This document shows positions 59,170 through 64,000 of a stretch of DNA of 64,000 nucleotides, one piece after another. A model generated the notes under the pieces. It had not been told where the DNA came from. It saw only the letters and a program-made list of their open reading frames with translations, and did no database searches. This stretch comes from Octopus vulgaris (lineage: Eukaryota), in contig OX597817.1 of assembly GCA_951406725.2 (NCBI GenBank), forward strand, positions 56,668,001-56,732,000, in the 5' to 3' direction. Both the position numbers and the translations under genes were made by a program. Numbering within the stretch: position 1 is the first letter of the stretch; each line of letters begins with the position of its first letter.

Positions 59170-59520
59170 AAAATTGTGCGACCTGACATATATGTCGGAA
59201 CACAAAGTCGGTAACCGGCGAGTTTGCGACGTTTTATTGCCACAAGGAGAGGTTTTAGTCTGCTGTCATATTTAACGATATACAGCCTGACAAAGGTGTT
59301 TGTCTTGTATTCTGCACACGAGATACGTAGAAGCCTGCCGATGTCTTTGTACTCAAGCTCTTGGAGTCTTCGTTCCCTGTCGTCTGTGAGTGTCCAGTTT
59401 TGGTACCTATGCAGGAAGATCAGTGTTGCAAGGGAGTTGTAGAATTTGGGCTTTGTGGGAAAACCAATAGAACATCTTTCCCACATGGTGCTCATTTTTG
59501 TCACAGGAAATGACACCTGG
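59170..59520 (-). pseudogene. RTE-clade LINE C-terminal remnant
   Basis: WTLTDDRERRLQELEYK...RLLRISCAEYKTNTFVR...PLLVAIKRRKLA. Confidence 0.78.
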
Positions 59521-59619
59521 CCAAAAAAAACATATTTCCTCAACCTCGATTCACTAAAAGTTTATACTCTGGTCTGCGACAAGAAACGAAATATTTAATA
59601 TATAAAATAATGGGATTTT

Positions 59620-60250
59620 GGGATAGTGGAATGCTGAAATAATGTAATAATTTAGTTATACAGTATTGGAATATTAATAAGACTATTGAATATAAGGAAT
59701 TCAAGAATACTGAAATATTGGAATACAACAATATTAATATATTGGAATAGTGAAAAAAAGTATGCTACAGGAATTCTGATACAATGAACAGAAATAATGT
59801 GATTCTGACATATTAGAATGCTAGCATAAAGGAATGGATGTATATTAGAAAACTGGAATAGTGAAATTGTTAAAAAAAAAGAAGAGGAGCTAATGGAATA
59901 CTAAATTATTGGAATATTGGAATAATTGAATAATGGAATTTATAAAGTACCAGAATCCTTTAAAATTGGAATATTGCATATAATAGATTTGTTTGGGTTA
60001 CTTTAATGGCGAGAATAATGGAAAAAAAAAACTGGAATTCTAGAATACTGAACCAATGGAATGATGGAATACATTGGAATATTTTCATAGTGGATCTAAT
60101 GGAATACAAGATTGTGAGATTGCTAGACTGGAATACAGTAACACTGTAATAATGGAATGTTAGGAATAATGAAATATAAGAAGAATGGTTTGTTGGAATT
60201 TATTGGAATATCGGAGAGTTAGATATGGTAGTTTGCAATATTGAAATTGT
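59620..60250. repeat. Degenerate TGGAAT(A)-rich tandem repeat
   Basis: Many tggaat/ggaata motifs at short irregular spacing. Confidence 0.65.
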
Positions 60251-61039
60251 AGAATATAGCACGTGACAGTTTAGAGTGTGAGTGACTCTTAATGGAGGAG
60301 AGTGGATGGGTATATGGAATGTGAGTGACACTTAGTGGTTGAGTGAAAGTGACTGTATTGAAGATGAATGACTCTTAGAGGCTGAGAGTATGCGATTGCA
60401 TTATAAGCCAGCGACTCTCGGTAGCTGAAAAATGTGACTCTGCAGAAGATGAGTCAATGTGTGTTATTGAGAGTGACTCTACTGGAGACGATTGGTTGGG
60501 AGAATATGATTCCAGTGAAATGTTCTTACTCTCAGTGGTGGAGTGGAGTTGATAAGTGAAGAGATATAACTCTGAGATTCATTAAACATTTGTAGCCTCG
60601 TTATGAAAATAGACCACGTGCTTTTAAAAAGCCCATTACCGTCTCAACAAACTGTCATGAACGTCGCTTGTAAATATTCTTTAAAACATGGTGTGAATGT
60701 AGAAAATGAGAGACAGACCTGGAGAGTGTGAGTGAGGCGTGTGGAAGAAGTGTATGGCTATGAGGTTTCTATGTACCTTTATGTATTACCAGTCGTGTGT
60801 AAGTGTAGGTATTTAGCGTGCATGCGTAAATGTGTGGACTATACGTGTATAACCGTGTGTGCATGTTTAGTAAACGAATATTGATATGTTTAAACGTTTG
60901 TGCATATATATATATACAATATTCACAAAAATACAAACGACGAAGACAGGTAGTGTAGACAACAAACAGATGTATTAATATAACGCTCGGGAAATGAAAA
61001 AGTCTTTGACGTTTCGAGCCTACGCTCTTCCCTATATAA

Positions 61040-61100
<61 letters not shown>

Positions 61101-61101
61101 T

Positions 61102-61350
61102 GGAGGCGCGTGGCTTAGTGATTAGGGTGTCAGCACCATGATCGTAAGATTGTAGTTTCGATTCTTGGACCGGGCAACGCGTTGTGTTCTTGAGCAAAAC
61201 ACTTCATTTCACGTTGCTCCAGTCCACTCAGCTGGCAAAAATGAGTTACGCTGCGATGGACTGGCGTCCCGTCTAGCTGGGGATTACATATGCTGTATAC
61301 ACCTGGAACCCGGGCCCATGAGCCTGGCTAGGCTTTAAAAGGGTGCATTT
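61102..61350 (+). mobile_element. tRNA-derived SINE family C (CORE-like plus V-domain-like segment)
   Basis: ggcgcgtggcttagtg (A box), gtttcgattc (B box), ttcttgagcaaaacactt, gctgcgatggactggcgtcccgtc. Confidence 0.75.
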
Positions 61351-61351
61351 A

Positions 61352-61382
<31 letters not shown>

Positions 61383-61729
61383 GTATAAATTAATATAGGG
61401 TAGGAAAAAATTATCGAAATTGTCTCTACCAGTGGCCTAGTATGTATACAAAGTCAGTAGACATATTTTTTATATAAAAATTAGTGTACAGTTGGTCTTT
61501 CTAGTATGTTAGGCAACCTGTAATGGGCTCGACTCTTTGTGCTTAAATGTACACTAATTTTATATATATAAACTAATTGTATATATATAGCTATGCTTAT
61601 GAATGTACTTAAGAAATGTGTGTCTGTTTGAGTTTTTTTATCTATATTTGTCTGTATGCATAGCAAGATGTGTAGGTATACATGTGTGTGTGTGTGTGTG
61701 CATCTCTTTCTTTCTCTCTGAGTGTATTT

Positions 61730-62070
61730 ATGTATATTTGTGAATATGCTTCGCAGTATCTGTACATATGTGTATGCAAGTGTGAATATATGTGTATGTA
61801 TGTGTGAATATATGTGAATGTATGTGTATATATATGTGTATGTATGTGTGAATATATGTGTATGCAAGTGTGTACGTATGTGTATGTATGTGTGTATATA
61901 TGTGTATGTATGTGTGTATATATGTGTTTGTATTTGTGAATATATGTGTATGCAAGTGTGTATATATGTGTGTGTATGTGTGAATATATGTGTATGCAAG
62001 TGTGTATATATGTGTATGTATGTGTGAATATATAAGTATGCAAGTGTGTACGTATGTGTATGTATGTGTG
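61730..62070. repeat. Higher-order TG/TA minisatellite (units such as tgtgaatatatgtgtatgcaag)
   Basis: Recurring gtatgcaagtgtg and tgtgaatatatg. Confidence 0.75.
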
Positions 62071-62461
62071 CTTTTCTGCCTGTGTGTGAGAATCTGCATC
62101 TTCTTGATTCTTTTTCTAGAGAGCGTCACAGTCTGTACTTGCTACAGCATAATGGTTCCAACACTCTGCCAACCAATCTAACTTTCTGTGGCACCGCTGC
62201 CGCGACTACATTGCTACCGCTATCACCACAACCACCACCACCACCACCACCACCACCACCACCACTACTACTGCTACGACACCAGCTATCACCACCACTA
62301 CCACCACTACCACTACTTCTACAACCACCACCATATCTTCCCCTACCACATCCCTATCGGGCATTAGATTTTGATTTATTTCCCGCCTTCAGACCTGAAA
62401 ACGCCGGACATCTTGATATTTCGCTTTCATTCCAGTTTTCCTCTCTTTTATTTCCTCTTCC

Positions 62462-62605
62462 ATTCTTCTTCTTCTTCTTCTTCTTCTTCTTCTTCTTCTT
62501 CTTCTTCTTCTTCTTCTTCTTCTTCTTCTTCTTCTTCTTCTTCTTCTTCTTCTTCTTCTTCTTCTTCTTCTTTATCTTCTTCTTCTCCATCTTCTTCTTC
62601 TTCTT
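62462..62605. repeat. (TTC)n tract
   Basis: Visible. Confidence 0.95.
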
Positions 62606-62888
62606 CCTCCTCCTCCACCTTCTTCTGTTTCTGTCTGTCTTCTCTCTTCCGTCTAGTTTTTCTTATGTCTTTATTGGTCTTTCTTTCCTCCCACCCACTT
62701 CTACTCTCTCCATCCTCTCTCTCACTTTGTCTCTCTCACACACACACACTCTTCTCCTCTCTTCTCCTCTTCTCTCTTTTCTCATGTCCTCCTCCTCTTC
62801 TATTACTTCTGTCTTCTAAATAATCTTCTGTCTTCTAATACTGTCTTCTTTCCACTTCTTCTAATGTCTTCTGTTTCTGCTACACCTT

Positions 62889-62928
<40 letters not shown>

Positions 62929-63304
62929 AATTTCGTTCGCTACTACTTCACCATCGTTTCTATATAACCCTCCTCTATCTCCTCCAATCTTCATCGTCTT
63001 TTTTATTTTTCATCAACATCATCATCATCATCACCATCGTCATCATTATTACCTTCTTCTTCTCCTCCTCCTCCTCCTCCTCCTTCTTCTTCTTCTTCTT
63101 CTTCTTATTCCTATCCTTTCTTTTTTCTCTTTTTTCTGTTTTCTTCTTCTCCTTCACCTCCGGCAAAGCAGGAAAGCCAGGAAATTACCATAGTCTTGTC
63201 TTCGTTTGCTTTTACCATCCACCACTTCTATGGCACTTCTCAATATGTCTCTCCCTCTCTCCACCTCTCTCTCCCTTTTTCTCTCTCACTCAATTTCTCT
63301 CTCT

Positions 63305-63342
<38 letters not shown>

Positions 63343-63733
63343 CTTCTTTTTCTCCAGTGTCTTGGTGTTCTTTGTTTTGTTTTAGATTTTATTTTTGTTT
63401 GTTGTTTTTCAACTTCCCCTCTTCATATTCGCACTCTTTAGCCACCACGCCACCTGCAACCATCACAAGCACTACAACCACCACCAGCACTACCACCGCC
63501 ACTATCACCTTCAACGTCACCACTGTGATCAGCAAACATTACCACACCGTTGCTGCCATAACTACCTCTACCGCACAACGACCACCACTGCTGACTACTT
63601 CTGTACTGCTATACACACAAATTATGCGTGTGTATGTAGATGCATACATATATATATATATGTGTGTGTGTGTATGTGCATGCATGTGTGTGTGTCTATG
63701 TGTATATACATATATACATATATATATGCATAC

Positions 63734-63814
<81 letters not shown>

Positions 63815-63940
63815 CATATATGTCCTTCATTTACACATATATATTACATATATGAAATATATATGTGTACATATATTATACATACAGACAGATAGAATGA
63901 CATACACACATGCACCATGCATATATAAACCCTTTATTGC

Positions 63941-63971
<31 letters not shown>

Positions 63972-64000
63972 TCAGTATACATACTCAGATAAGAATAACC

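Overview
Eukaryotic, AT-rich, microsatellite-saturated, gene-poor DNA, very probably octopus/coleoid cephalopod (inferred from the SINE families). No host protein-coding gene can be called with confidence, and almost all ORFs in the track are microsatellite artefacts. The window is a patchwork of mobile DNA: three tRNA-derived SINE families in many copies; LINE fragments (a 2.5-kb CR1-type element with RT, a Tx1/L1 3' end, two R4/Dong-type RLE ends, RTE remnants); a full-length but disrupted IR/DR Tc1 DD34E transposon; mariner/Tc1 relics; hAT, pogo and foldback MITEs; two Helitron-like elements; and a short LTR with a tRNA-Ser primer-binding site. The most interesting signals are: (i) an intact minimal type-I hammerhead ribozyme motif at 30139-30183 plus several variant or degenerate Penelope-type hammerheads; (ii) a Tx1-like LINE inserted twice into one (GATA)n tract, whose 3' end closely resembles the 3' tail of the dominant SINE; (iii) that SINE forms head-[body-tail1]n-body-tail2 arrays with a recurring junction; (iv) a ~540-bp non-coding element associated with (TAA)n tracts. 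All calls come from reading the sequence by eye; family names are from recall and boundaries are approximate.
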